Shown here piece by piece: positions 10,391 to 19,754 of a DNA stretch of 64,000 nt (its first letter is position 1; each line of letters starts with the position of its first letter). The notes beneath the pieces were generated by a model. It was not told where the DNA came from and searched no databases. It saw only the letters and a program-made list of their open reading frames with translations. The position numbers and the translations under genes are program-made. Origin of the DNA: a virus. The stretch lies in the IMG/VR virus record IMGVR_UViG_3300044634_002329, positions 32,001 to 96,000 of that record, one strand, 5' to 3'.

Positions 10391-11329
10391 ATGGCAACAA
10401 AAAAAACATCAGCTCAATTAAAAGCTGAAGGTAAATCAATGAAACAAAAAGGCCAAGCTATGAAAAAGACTGGTCAAGTAATGAAAGTAGTTGGTAAATA
10501 TGATCCTGTAAATGTAGCAGGTAGAGCAGTAAATAACCTTAATAAAGGGATTGCTACTGGTGCAAATATTGCATCTAAAGCAGGTTCATTAGGAATGAAA
10601 GCTGCTCAACAAGGAGCAGGTAAAGTTGTAAAAGGAGCAATGGCTGCTACTAATGTATTAGGTGCTGCATTAAATCCAATTGGTACAGCTGTAAAAATAA
10701 TGAATGCTTCTCAAAAAGCACAAGCAAAAGCTAAAGCATCATCTAATAAAAAATCTTATGCAGATAGTAAAGGTGGTAAAACAACTGTAAGTAAAAATGC
10801 AAATGGTTCTAAAACTGTTGTATATAAAAAAGGTGATGTTAAGACTACTAAAACTTCTACTACAAAACCTGGAAAAAGTACATACAAAACAGGATCTGGA
10901 ACTTCAACAAAGTTTACACCTAATGTAACTAAGTCTACAATAAAAGTTGAAGCACCAAAAGGTACAACAATTAAAAATACTGATGGAAGTAAAAAAGCTA
11001 CTACTCCAAAACCAGCACCTGTAAAAGTTAAACCAATTACAGGTACTCAAAAAGTAGCTCCTAAAAAATCATCTAGTACATCTAGTAAATCTGAAGAAGT
11101 AACTCCATTGGCACCACGTAAAGCAACAGAAATTAGTATTGCTAGACCTGAGATTGCTAAAACTCCAGTTAAACAAAAATTTGGGGCTAGAGTTAAAGCT
11201 AAAGTTGCAGAAGCAGTTACTAACCGTAGAGAGAAAAAACTAGCTAAACTTAAAAGTAAGTTAGGTAAAATGAAAACTGGAGGTATGGTTAATCCTAATG
11301 TAAATGTATCTGTTAAACCAAAAGCATAA
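10391..11329 (+). CDS. Lys/Thr/Ala-rich basic low-complexity protein (possible DNA-condensing core protein)
   Basis: Histone H1-like composition; MKTGG motif near C-terminus. Confidence 0.55.
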   Translation: MATKKTSAQLKAEGKSMKQKGQAMKKTGQVMKVVGKYDPVNVAGRAVNNLNKGIATGANIASKAGSLGMKAAQQGAGKVVKGAMAATNVLGAALNPIGTAVKIMNASQKAQAKAKASSNKKSYADSKGGKTTVSKNANGSKTVVYKKGDVKTTKTSTTKPGKSTYKTGSGTSTKFTPNVTKSTIKVEAPKGTTIKNTDGSKKATTPKPAPVKVKPITGTQKVAPKKSSSTSSKSEEVTPLAPRKATEISIARPEIAKTPVKQKFGARVKAKVAEAVTNRREKKLAKLKSKLGKMKTGGMVNPNVNVSVKPKA

Positions 11330-11335
11330 ATAGTT

Positions 11336-11515
11336 ATGGCACAATATACAACTGGGAAACTTTGTAACCCAAATCCAAGTTTACAAGTACAAAAAGTCCC
11401 TGGTAGCAAAGGTACATTTGTTGGTCTTAATACACCAATTACTGTACAAACAGTTGCTAAAGGACGTGTAGGTGGAACTAGTTCAGCTCCTAAAACAGCA
11501 GAACCAAGTAAATAA
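11336..11515 (+). CDS. small basic hypothetical protein (59 aa, not in ORF track)
   Basis: ATG 11336 to TAA 11515: MAQYTTGKLCNPNPSLQVQKVPGSKG...KGRVGGTSSAPKTAEPSK; fills the gap between two genes. Confidence 0.65.
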   Translation: MAQYTTGKLCNPNPSLQVQKVPGSKGTFVGLNTPITVQTVAKGRVGGTSSAPKTAEPSK

Positions 11516-11521
11516 TACTAT

Positions 11522-11533
11522 TTTAATATATTA
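11522..11533 (+). promoter_or_regulatory. putative phage promoter motif (TTTAATATATTA)
   Basis: Copy of the recurring intergenic motif, but only 5 nt from the ATG. Confidence 0.3.
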
Positions 11534-11538
11534 AAATA

Positions 11539-11877
11539 ATGCCTAAAGATGCATGTTATACTAAAGTAAAAGCACAGTATGCTGTGTTTCCTTCAGCTAG
11601 AGCTTCTCAAGCTATTGCCAAATGCCGTAAAGGTTCAGGCACAGTAAGAAAGACTAAAGCTGGTAGTGATCTTAAAAGATGGCAAGCAGAAAAATGGCAA
11701 GATACTAAATCAGGAAAAGCTTGTGGTGCCGGTGGTAAAAATGAATACTGCCGGCCAACAAGAAAAGTATCTAAAAATACACCAAAAACAAAGTATGAAT
11801 TATCCCCTTCTAAATTGGCTTCAAAGAAAACTGAGAAGTCTAAAGTAGGAATGGGAAGAAGAGTTAAAAATGTGTAA
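11539..11877 (+). CDS. small basic viral protein (DUF5872-like)
   Basis: KDACYxKVK...PSAxAS..AKCRK and LKRWxxEKWxD...CG...YCRP...TPKT motifs recalled from widespread viral hypothetical proteins. Confidence 0.55.
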   Translation: MPKDACYTKVKAQYAVFPSARASQAIAKCRKGSGTVRKTKAGSDLKRWQAEKWQDTKSGKACGAGGKNEYCRPTRKVSKNTPKTKYELSPSKLASKKTEKSKVGMGRRVKNV

Positions 11878-11895
11878 TGACTAAACTTATGTGTA

Positions 11896-12081
11896 ATGGA
11901 TAGAGTAAAAAGATTAACACAAAAAGAAAATAGACTTGTCAAGAAAGGTTACAAGGCTGTTGATGAAGGTAGAGAAAAAAAAGCTGATAGACTTTTAGGT
12001 AGAGCAGCTAAAACTCAAAACCGTATAATTAACATAACTGAAAGAAAAAAGGGAGGTAGTGTTAAAACTAAAAAGAAATAG
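11896..12081 (+). CDS. small basic hypothetical protein
   Basis: 61 aa, C-terminal RKKGGSVKTKKK. Confidence 0.6.
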   Translation: MDRVKRLTQKENRLVKKGYKAVDEGREKKADRLLGRAAKTQNRIINITERKKGGSVKTKKK

Positions 12082-12083
12082 TC

Positions 12084-12632
12084 ATGGCAACAAAAAAAAC
12101 AACAGTTCATCCTCTTACTGCATTTAGAAAAGCTAATGAAGCTAGACTAGCTCCAGTAAAAAGATCTATGCAAAAAGCTCAAGAGGGTATGTCTTTTAAA
12201 AATACTTATGCTGGTCCATTGACAGAATCAGATACTAAAAGACTTGACCAAGCTTTTCCATCTACAACTACACCTAATGTACCATTTGCACCAGCAAAAC
12301 CAAATATGGGTTATGGTACTGAAGATATGTACAGACAAAAAGAATCAAGTGATAGATCTGCTTTTGAAAATTATTTAAGATCTCCTGCTGTTGGTCGTAA
12401 TAATAAAAGACTAGGAAAAGGTTTTAATAATGAAGCTCTTATGAATCAAAAGGGTAACCGTCAGGCTACAATAGCTAGTATAAATGAAATGAATAATATA
12501 GATTGGAAATCAGAAGAAGGTAACCAAACAAAAAAAATGTTAGATAGAGATTACAAAGAATCTTATAAAAAAGGAGGCTTAATAAAAAATGTGATTGCTA
12601 AAAAAACAATGATAAAATCTAAAAGAAAATAG
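12084..12632 (+). CDS. hypothetical protein with xxGG motifs
   Basis: 182 aa; KAQEG and YKKGG motifs, basic termini. Confidence 0.6.
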   Translation: MATKKTTVHPLTAFRKANEARLAPVKRSMQKAQEGMSFKNTYAGPLTESDTKRLDQAFPSTTTPNVPFAPAKPNMGYGTEDMYRQKESSDRSAFENYLRSPAVGRNNKRLGKGFNNEALMNQKGNRQATIASINEMNNIDWKSEEGNQTKKMLDRDYKESYKKGGLIKNVIAKKTMIKSKRK

Positions 12633-12634
12633 TA

Positions 12635-12907
12635 ATGGCAAAGACAGCTGCATGGACCCGTAAGGAGGGAAAGAATCCTACAGGAGGATTAAATGCTAAA
12701 GGAGTAGCAAGTTATAGAGCTGCTAATCCTGGTAGTAAACTTAAGACAGCTGTTACTACCAAACCATCAAAACTTGATCCGGATAGTAAACCGGCCAAAA
12801 GAAGAAAGTCATTCTGTGCTAGGATGTCAGGTATGCCTGGACCTATGAAGGATGAAAAAGGAAGACCTACAAGAAAGGCTCTTTCATTAAGAAAGTGGAA
12901 TTGTTAA
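12635..12907 (+). CDS. small basic phage protein (DUF6321-like)
   Basis: AWTRKEGKNPxGGLNAKG...RRKSFCARMxG...SLRKWNC signature. Confidence 0.7.
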   Translation: MAKTAAWTRKEGKNPTGGLNAKGVASYRAANPGSKLKTAVTTKPSKLDPDSKPAKRRKSFCARMSGMPGPMKDEKGRPTRKALSLRKWNC

Positions 12908-12918
12908 AACATTATATA

Positions 12919-14199
12919 ATGAAAAAAGTAGTTAAGAAATATGACAAAGGAGGTGCTAAACCTAAAGGTGTATCTAAACAAGTTGCATCAGTTACTGGTC
13001 TTCCTGAAGGTAGTTATGTTGCTAAATCTAAAGCAGTTACTAAACCTGCAGTTAAAACTATAACTAAAGCTCCTGTTAAAAAAAATGCAGCAGTAGGTAA
13101 AGCAACAGCTTATAAAACTGAAAAAAGAACTTATGTAGATCCTTCATCTCCAGCTTATTCAAAATTATCTGCTAAAGAAAGAAATGAAAATACTGCTAAT
13201 CAAGTAAGAAAATCAACAGGTACTCCTTTATATTATTCAACAGGTACTAAAGTAGCTTATAATAAAAAAAATAATACTAAAACTATTGTTAATTATAAAG
13301 CTGATGGTACTAAACAAACTAAAGTAATTAATTATTCTAAACCTGCTACAGCTAAAAAAGCTCCTGTTAAAACACCAGTTAAGCAACCAGTTAAAACTGC
13401 TTATGATGTATTAAAAGATAAGCAAACAGCAGTAAAAAATCCTAGAGTTGGTACACCAGTTAAAGGTACAGTTACTACAAATCCTAAGAAAACAGTTACT
13501 GTAAAAAAATCTACTGTTAAACCTGCAGCAGTTAAAGCTGTAGAAGAACAAGTAACTCCATTAGCATTTAAAAAAGTTTCTGACTTTGCTCCTATTAAAT
13601 CTACAGCTAGTTCAACTACAAGTTCTGCACCTAAAAGTACAGTTAGTAAAACAACTCCAGATAGAGTTAAAGCTCCTGTAAACAAACCTACGGTTAGTAT
13701 GGGTGAAAGACTTACTGGTTATAAAGGTACAAGTAAACCTGTTGCTAGTACAACTACTAGTGCACCTACTAGTACAATACCTACACCTACAGAATCAACT
13801 CCGGGTAGAGTTAGTTTAATAGATAGAATTAAAGGTAACATAGCTAAAAGAAAAATGAAAAGAATGGCTAAGTTATCTGAACAAGTTGGTCAAAGTAGAG
13901 CAATGGGTACATATGCTCAACCTGCTATGAAAAAAGGAGGTACTAAAAAATATGCTAAAGGTGGTTTTCCAGATTTAAATAAAGATGGTGAAGTTACTAA
14001 AGCTGATATTCTTAAAGGACGTGGGGTTATTGCTAGAAAAGGTGGGACTGTTAAAAAATTAGTTAAAGCTCAATATGGTATTAGTACGACTAAAGGAAGT
14101 ACAACTAAAAAACCTTTATATAACCCAGCTAAAATTAAAGTAACATCTAGTAAAAAAAAACCTAGTTATAATGAAGTTTTTAAAACTAAAAAGAAATAA
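12919..14199 (+). CDS. Lys/Thr/Pro-rich basic protein with EF-hand-like DLNKDG motif
   Basis: ATG 12919 preferred over track GTG 12895; several xxGG motifs; FPDLNKDGEVTKADILKGRGV. Confidence 0.6.
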   Translation: MKKVVKKYDKGGAKPKGVSKQVASVTGLPEGSYVAKSKAVTKPAVKTITKAPVKKNAAVGKATAYKTEKRTYVDPSSPAYSKLSAKERNENTANQVRKSTGTPLYYSTGTKVAYNKKNNTKTIVNYKADGTKQTKVINYSKPATAKKAPVKTPVKQPVKTAYDVLKDKQTAVKNPRVGTPVKGTVTTNPKKTVTVKKSTVKPAAVKAVEEQVTPLAFKKVSDFAPIKSTASSTTSSAPKSTVSKTTPDRVKAPVNKPTVSMGERLTGYKGTSKPVASTTTSAPTSTIPTPTESTPGRVSLIDRIKGNIAKRKMKRMAKLSEQVGQSRAMGTYAQPAMKKGGTKKYAKGGFPDLNKDGEVTKADILKGRGVIARKGGTVKKLVKAQYGISTTKGSTTKKPLYNPAKIKVTSSKKKPSYNEVFKTKKK

Positions 14200-14201
14200 T
14201 T

Positions 14202-14357
14202 ATGGCTACAGCTAAAAAGAAAACAGATAAAAAATGGATTCAAAAAGCTGTGAATCCTGCACATAAAGGATATTGCACTCCAATGTCAAAACCAACATGT
14301 ACTCCTAAAAGAGCGGCATTAGCTAGAACATTTAAAAAAATGGCAAAAAATAAATAA
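14202..14357 (+). CDS. small basic hypothetical protein (51 aa, not in ORF track)
   Basis: MATAKKKTDKKWIQKAVNPAHKGYCTPMSKPTCTPKRAALARTFKKMAKNK; 2-nt spacing from both neighbours. Confidence 0.7.
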   Translation: MATAKKKTDKKWIQKAVNPAHKGYCTPMSKPTCTPKRAALARTFKKMAKNK

Positions 14358-14359
14358 TC

Positions 14360-14617
14360 ATGAAAAAATGTATGCAATGTGGTGGTGCCACAAAAATGAA
14401 AAAAATGGCAAAAGGAGGTTCAATGAAATCTAGAGTTGGTGGACCAGCTAAAAAACCTTTTGCGGCTGGTATTCCTTATTTTACTGGTGCCGGTATGACA
14501 GGACCTGAATCTATGAAAACAGGTGGATTTGTTTCTGCACCTGTACAAACAAGATGTCCTCCAGGATATGTAAGAAAAGCATCAGGTATTGGATGTACTC
14601 CAATGGGTAAAAGATAA
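14360..14617 (+). CDS. small basic protein with xxGG motifs and Cys pairs
   Basis: MQCGG, MAKGG, MKTGG; C-terminal CPPGY...GC. Confidence 0.6.
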   Translation: MKKCMQCGGATKMKKMAKGGSMKSRVGGPAKKPFAAGIPYFTGAGMTGPESMKTGGFVSAPVQTRCPPGYVRKASGIGCTPMGKR

Positions 14618-14627
14618 TATATAAGTT

Positions 14628-15326
14628 ATGTTAAATAGTGTATTGACAATTAAATTAAAACAAAGAATCAATAAATTAGATTCTCAAGACTATGACAACA
14701 TAGAATGTTGGCAAGTTGTTGAGTCATTTAATAAAGCTCAAGTTGAATGGACTAGAAGACAACTCCATGGAATTAATCTTGTCAAAGAAGGTGATGAACA
14801 ATCTACTAGAAGAAAAGATGATCTTCAAGTATTATTAAATACATTACCGGTTACTATGACAGATAAAGAATATTACTATAAAGGAGCATTACCGGAAGAC
14901 TATTTACAATGGAAAAGAGTAGATGCTTATGCACAAAAAGATTGTTGTGATAATAGAAGAATGAGTGTGTATTTTGTAGAAGAAGGAAATCTTAATATAC
15001 TACTTAGAGATAAAGGAACACAACCAAACTTTGAATGGGCAGAAACATTTGCTACTTTAAAAAATAATGAGGTTAATATTTATACTAATAATGAATTTAA
15101 TATTCAAACTGTAGAATTAACTTTTTATAGACAACCTAGAAAAATTCAAATTAATGGCTGTGTTGATCCATATACTGGAATACAATCAACAGCAGATGTT
15201 ACATCTGAGTTTAAAGATGACATAGTAGAATTAATAATAGATGAAGCTGCTAGTATTTTAGCCGGAGACATTGAATCAGGAAATCAATATTCTAGAGGAT
15301 CAGAAGGAGCAGAACGTAATAACTAA
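14628..15326 (+). CDS. head-tail adaptor/ring-type structural protein
   Basis: 232 aa; N-terminal LKQRINKLDS..FNKAQ, LPxDY, YRxP and C-terminal helix pattern of crAss-like ring proteins. Confidence 0.55.
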   Translation: MLNSVLTIKLKQRINKLDSQDYDNIECWQVVESFNKAQVEWTRRQLHGINLVKEGDEQSTRRKDDLQVLLNTLPVTMTDKEYYYKGALPEDYLQWKRVDAYAQKDCCDNRRMSVYFVEEGNLNILLRDKGTQPNFEWAETFATLKNNEVNIYTNNEFNIQTVELTFYRQPRKIQINGCVDPYTGIQSTADVTSEFKDDIVELIIDEAASILAGDIESGNQYSRGSEGAERNN

Positions 15327-15331
15327 TAACA

Positions 15332-15823
15332 ATGGAAAAAAGAATGTTAAAAAGACCAGCTAATCAAGAAGTAAAAACTACTGATTCTTCTGTCACACCA
15401 ATTAAAGTACAATCTACAATAGATAGTAATACAGGTGGTAGTTCACTAGATAATATGGTAGCATCTTGTGGAGTTGAACTTATGAATGCTAGAAATACAT
15501 TTCACAAGTTACATCTTAAAGTAACCGGGGAGGGTTCATATGCTGCTCATAAAGCTTTAAATAAGTTTTATGATGCAATTCCTGATTTTGTAGATACACT
15601 AATGGAAGGATATCAAGGAGCTGCTGAAAAAATATTAACATGTAAAGATGTTGCTCCTAGAACAGTAGATGATATAGCAGATGGAATAGCATACCTTAGA
15701 GAAATTTATGGTATGATTAATAAACTTCAAGGAAAATTACCTTATTCAGAAATAGTAAATAATCTTGACTTAGTTAAAGATGCCATCAATTCAACTAAAT
15801 ACAAATTATTATTCTTAAAATAA
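15332..15823 (+). CDS. ferritin/Dps-like four-helix protein (DUF5856-like)
   Basis: HxLH..V.G..SYAAHKALxxFYD...DxLxEGYQG and C-terminal INSTKYKLxFL. Confidence 0.75.
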   Translation: MEKRMLKRPANQEVKTTDSSVTPIKVQSTIDSNTGGSSLDNMVASCGVELMNARNTFHKLHLKVTGEGSYAAHKALNKFYDAIPDFVDTLMEGYQGAAEKILTCKDVAPRTVDDIADGIAYLREIYGMINKLQGKLPYSEIVNNLDLVKDAINSTKYKLLFLK

Positions 15824-15854
15824 TTTTGATTAATCAAAATAAATTAGTATATTA
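15823..15854 (+). promoter_or_regulatory. 18-bp palindrome plus putative promoter motif
   Basis: Perfect palindrome ATTTTGATTAATCAAAAT (15823-15840), then ATTAGTATATTA (15843-15854). Confidence 0.45.
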
Positions 15855-15886
15855 AATATATATTTATCAATTAAAAACAAAAAACA

Positions 15887-17425
15887 ATGAGTTATTTTAA
15901 TCATGCTTTCCAAAAGACCTTTGTAGGTACTAATGGATTCACAGGTTTAAATGAAGGTAAATTAGGTACACCAGGAAATATTCTTTCTGGTGGAGAATTT
16001 GCTTTTGTTGATGCTAAAACATGGACTGTTTTGGCTACAGATGCAGAACCAGGATGTTGCAATCTTGTATTAGCTGCAGGTTCTATTTATCAAAAAGATA
16101 AAATCGGTCCATTTCATGGTGGTTATTTAGAGTCTAATAAATCTAAAGAAATCAATCCTAAATATGTAAGCCGTTTTTACCGTGTTGATCCATGTACTCC
16201 TTCTGCTAATGTTATTCACGTAGGTAAAACTCCTTACACTGCAGATGGTGTATTATCTTTAGCAATTACTGATGATGGTGCTGACCTAGAAGATGGTGTT
16301 TATACTGACATTCCATTAGTTGATACAACTGCACCAACAGGTTCAGGATTACTTGTTAATATTACTGTAGTAGATAATGTAGTTGAGTTTGTAGAAATTG
16401 TTAATGGTGGTACAGGATGGGTTACTGCAGATGTAGTTACAACTACTGTTGGTGAACCAATTCCTGCTATTGCTGGTGAAACAGGTACACAACCTACATT
16501 TACAGTTACTGCTGGTGTTGGTGCAAATTGTTGCAAAGAGTTCTTATGTGGTGAGACTTATAATTTACGTTTAGATGTAAAAGGTTCTCCTGCTATGAGA
16601 TACTTAAATCACAATGCATACTTAACAGTTACTGCTTACACAGGATGTTGTCCAGTTGGTTCTATTGCACCTTCTGCAGTTGACTCTACTGAAGTAATGA
16701 TTAAATGGGCACAACAAATTATTGATTCTCCAATCATTAATCCATTTATTTTACCAGTAGTTATTGACGAAGCTCAAATTGCATGGTATGCTCCAGGAAC
16801 AGATGCTAACTTCTTAGCTGCTTATAATGTTGATACTTGGGATCATTATGTATCTCCAGGACATACTGAAGGTGCATGTGCAGGATTAGTTCTTAATGGA
16901 TCTTATGTTGATACTAAGTTTGGTGATTGTACATTCCAAATTTCTGACTTCTATGAAGTTGAGCCAGTTAGATTGTATGCATCTGAAACAGATTTAAATG
17001 GTGATCCTTGTACTTTTGAAGGTATCTGTGTAGTTACAGAATGTCAAGGTTCTCAAGCAATGGGTCTTGGTGAGTCAGTAGCACGTGAGGTTATCTTGTC
17101 TGAAGCATATAGACAAAATTTCTTCTCTAGTGACTTCAGGATTCGTGAGATTACTCAAGGTAATTCAGTATTTAATTACATTGACCGTAATTCTTTGTAT
17201 ACAAGATACTACTTACAACACAATGTTCCACGTTTCAATAACCCATCAAGCACATTTGATAATGATCAATACTTATTGGAAATCATTACAGATGGTGATA
17301 TAGTGGCTTTTGAAGAATTTGTAAGAGGATGGTTAGAAAATTGTTCTCAGTGTCCAGAACTTGAAATAGTAGAATGTAAAACATCTTGTATTTCTGTTGT
17401 TCCTAATGTTAATACTTGGGATTAA
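15887..17425 (+). CDS. abundant virion structural protein (auxiliary capsid/decoration-like)
   Basis: 512 aa, beta-rich, many Cys, bounded by promoter-like motif and terminator; internal Thr/Val/Gly-rich insert. Confidence 0.55.
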   Translation: MSYFNHAFQKTFVGTNGFTGLNEGKLGTPGNILSGGEFAFVDAKTWTVLATDAEPGCCNLVLAAGSIYQKDKIGPFHGGYLESNKSKEINPKYVSRFYRVDPCTPSANVIHVGKTPYTADGVLSLAITDDGADLEDGVYTDIPLVDTTAPTGSGLLVNITVVDNVVEFVEIVNGGTGWVTADVVTTTVGEPIPAIAGETGTQPTFTVTAGVGANCCKEFLCGETYNLRLDVKGSPAMRYLNHNAYLTVTAYTGCCPVGSIAPSAVDSTEVMIKWAQQIIDSPIINPFILPVVIDEAQIAWYAPGTDANFLAAYNVDTWDHYVSPGHTEGACAGLVLNGSYVDTKFGDCTFQISDFYEVEPVRLYASETDLNGDPCTFEGICVVTECQGSQAMGLGESVAREVILSEAYRQNFFSSDFRIREITQGNSVFNYIDRNSLYTRYYLQHNVPRFNNPSSTFDNDQYLLEIITDGDIVAFEEFVRGWLENCSQCPELEIVECKTSCISVVPNVNTWD

Positions 17426-17446
17426 TCAATTATAAATCTAGAAAGG

Positions 17447-17480
17447 AAGGGGAGAGAGTTATAAACTCCTCCCTTTTTTT
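17447..17480 (+). terminator. Rho-independent terminator
   Basis: AAGGGGAGAGAGTT-ATA-AACTCCTCCC followed by T7. Confidence 0.75.
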
Positions 17481-17495
17481 ATTAAAAAATATATT

Positions 17496-18038
17496 ATGGC
17501 CAATCATGTATTAAGTTTAGAAGTACCTACAGTAATGAATTCTTGTATCTTAAAGATATTTGATACAAGTGTTTATAGTGATTTACTTCCAATAACTTGT
17601 CCAACATTAAATATTACGGTACCTGGTTTTGATTTTGCAAACCAGATAGATGTAACAGAAAACTTTTTTGGAACATATACAGCTTGTGATTTACAATTAC
17701 AAACAACTGATTGTGGTACCAGATATGTAGAAATACCAGATGGTATATACATTATTAAATATAGTGTTTCTCCTAATGATCAAGTATATGTAGAATATAA
17801 TCATATGAGAATTACTAAAGCATTAATTAGATACAATAAAGCATTGTGTGATGTTGATCTGTCTAATTGTGCACCTCCGGCTAAGTCTCAACAAAGATTA
17901 ACTGAGTTAGCTTTAATTAAAAGTTATTTAGAAGCAGCTAAAGCAAAAGTTGAATTTTGTCATGAACCACAAAAAGGTATGACTTTATATAATTATGCTC
18001 TTAGACTTTTAGATAAATTAGATTGTAGAAATTGTTAA
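17496..18038 (+). CDS. putative structural protein
   Basis: 180 aa; IPDGIYxIKYSV motif with helical, Cys-containing C-terminus. Confidence 0.5.
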   Translation: MANHVLSLEVPTVMNSCILKIFDTSVYSDLLPITCPTLNITVPGFDFANQIDVTENFFGTYTACDLQLQTTDCGTRYVEIPDGIYIIKYSVSPNDQVYVEYNHMRITKALIRYNKALCDVDLSNCAPPAKSQQRLTELALIKSYLEAAKAKVEFCHEPQKGMTLYNYALRLLDKLDCRNC

Positions 18039-18046
18039 AATATTTA

Positions 18047-18057
18047 AAACCAACAAA
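18047..18057 (+). promoter_or_regulatory. AAACCAACAAA translation-initiation-region motif
   Basis: 2 nt upstream of ATG 18060. Confidence 0.6.
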
Positions 18058-18059
18058 TT

Positions 18060-18242
18060 ATGGCAACATGTTCAAATTGTAAAGCAAACTTATCTTGTGG
18101 CTGTCAAAAAAGAACAGCTTCAGATAAAACATCTGTATGTTCAAACTGTCTTTCAAAATATGAAGCAAGTTTAAAAACTAGTACAGTTAAACCTGCTCCA
18201 ATCAGTAATCATATATGGGGAGCTAATAGATATAAAAAATAA
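18060..18242 (+). CDS. small Cys-rich (putative Zn-binding) protein
   Basis: CxxC...CGC...CxxC in 60 aa. Confidence 0.65.
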   Translation: MATCSNCKANLSCGCQKRTASDKTSVCSNCLSKYEASLKTSTVKPAPISNHIWGANRYKK

Positions 18243-18247
18243 AAAAA

Positions 18248-19720
18248 ATGGCTAAAGATATTTGTTATACTCTGTATCCTTGTGGAGACAATTACCCAGT
18301 TATATTTACAACTGATGATATACCAGGGGGTTTACTAAATACTCAAGTAACTATTGGTAATCCTAATCAATGTTATTGGTTAAGTACTAGTCCTCTTGGG
18401 CAATGCATAAATCCTATTAGTGTAACAATAACACCAGCAACTGATTGTTGTCCTTCTACTTGTTATTATGTACCAACAGGAGAGGTATTTTATATTAATG
18501 AATTAGGAGAGCAACATATTCAATTTGGTCCAATTCAATTTTGTTCTATTATTCAACCATTGTATAATAAAGGTACAGTAGTTATTAAATTAGGAGAATG
18601 TACTGAAGATGGTTGCCCATCATATTGTTACAAATTAGTAAACTGTGACGGTGTAACTGATCCTTTATATACTACTTCAGAAACTATGTTACCTTATGCT
18701 GTTGCAGGAACTACAGTAACTTTAATAGGGCAAGACGGATGTTGGGTACCTGAAATATCTGAAGATAATTGTGAGTGTGCTATTAATTTAATAGTTAATG
18801 AGACATTTGCTGATTGTTCAGAATGTATAGGTTATATTACATACAAACTTACAAACTGTAATGATAATACAGTAATATATACTAGTGATGATTTATCTAC
18901 TTATACAAATCAAACTGTAGAAATAGATCCATGTGATGGATGTTGGTTTGTAGAACAACTAGATTATCAAGGACCTTCTGATCAAACTGTTACAGTTACT
19001 CGTGTATTTGGTTCATGTGAAGCATGTAATAAAACATATTATGAATTAATTGATTGTGCTGGAATAGAACCATTTATTACTACTACTACAGATTTATCTG
19101 CACAACTTGGTAAGTTTATTACTTTAAAATGGTGTCCAGATGTATGCTGGGAAGTAACTGAAACAAGAGATGATTCAAATTCTACAATAGTATTTCCAAC
19201 AGGAGAATATGATTCATGTCCGGAATGTGCAATTGCTGTATTACCATGTGAATGTCAAACAGTAATAAATACGGGACTAACAGACACTTTAACTTATATT
19301 GATTGTACTGGAAATACAGTTAATATTACAGTTCCTATTGGACAAAGAAGTACTAAAATATGTGCTAAATTAATAGAGTCAACTCATGCAAATGTAATTA
19401 AATATGGTGATTGCATTAATGGTGTATGTCCTCCATTAGTTTATCCTAAAGCTACAATTATTCCTGGATACAATACACCTACATGTACTCCTGATAAATA
19501 TGAAGAAATAACATGTAGAGCTTCTGAAATACTTTATAAACAAGTTCTTCAAAGAAAATATGGTATTAGTAATTGTTGTCCAGAGGAAGACAATAAATGG
19601 TTACTTAAAAAAGAACTAATTGATATGGCAGCACTAGTTGATCCTGATTATACATGTGCTCCAAGTACTACTTGTAATTGTCCTCCATCTAATTGTAGTT
19701 GTAAGACTTGTAATTCTTAA
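18248..19720 (+). CDS. Cys-rich repeat structural protein
   Basis: About four repeats of YxLxxC...T..D....V.....C[WY]; C-terminal YGIxxCC and Cys-rich tail. Confidence 0.6.
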   Translation: MAKDICYTLYPCGDNYPVIFTTDDIPGGLLNTQVTIGNPNQCYWLSTSPLGQCINPISVTITPATDCCPSTCYYVPTGEVFYINELGEQHIQFGPIQFCSIIQPLYNKGTVVIKLGECTEDGCPSYCYKLVNCDGVTDPLYTTSETMLPYAVAGTTVTLIGQDGCWVPEISEDNCECAINLIVNETFADCSECIGYITYKLTNCNDNTVIYTSDDLSTYTNQTVEIDPCDGCWFVEQLDYQGPSDQTVTVTRVFGSCEACNKTYYELIDCAGIEPFITTTTDLSAQLGKFITLKWCPDVCWEVTETRDDSNSTIVFPTGEYDSCPECAIAVLPCECQTVINTGLTDTLTYIDCTGNTVNITVPIGQRSTKICAKLIESTHANVIKYGDCINGVCPPLVYPKATIIPGYNTPTCTPDKYEEITCRASEILYKQVLQRKYGISNCCPEEDNKWLLKKELIDMAALVDPDYTCAPSTTCNCPPSNCSCKTCNS

Positions 19721-19725
19721 TAATA

Positions 19726-19737
19726 ATTTGTATATTA
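19726..19737 (+). promoter_or_regulatory. putative phage promoter motif (ATTTGTATATTA)
   Basis: Intergenic, 17 nt upstream of ATG 19755. Confidence 0.45.
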
Positions 19738-19754
19738 TATTAATAGATAAAGAT

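Noticed and set aside
14290-14298. Partial AAACCAACA match to the sRNA loop
   Set aside because: Inside a CDS, about 60 nt from the next start and only 9 nt; likely chance
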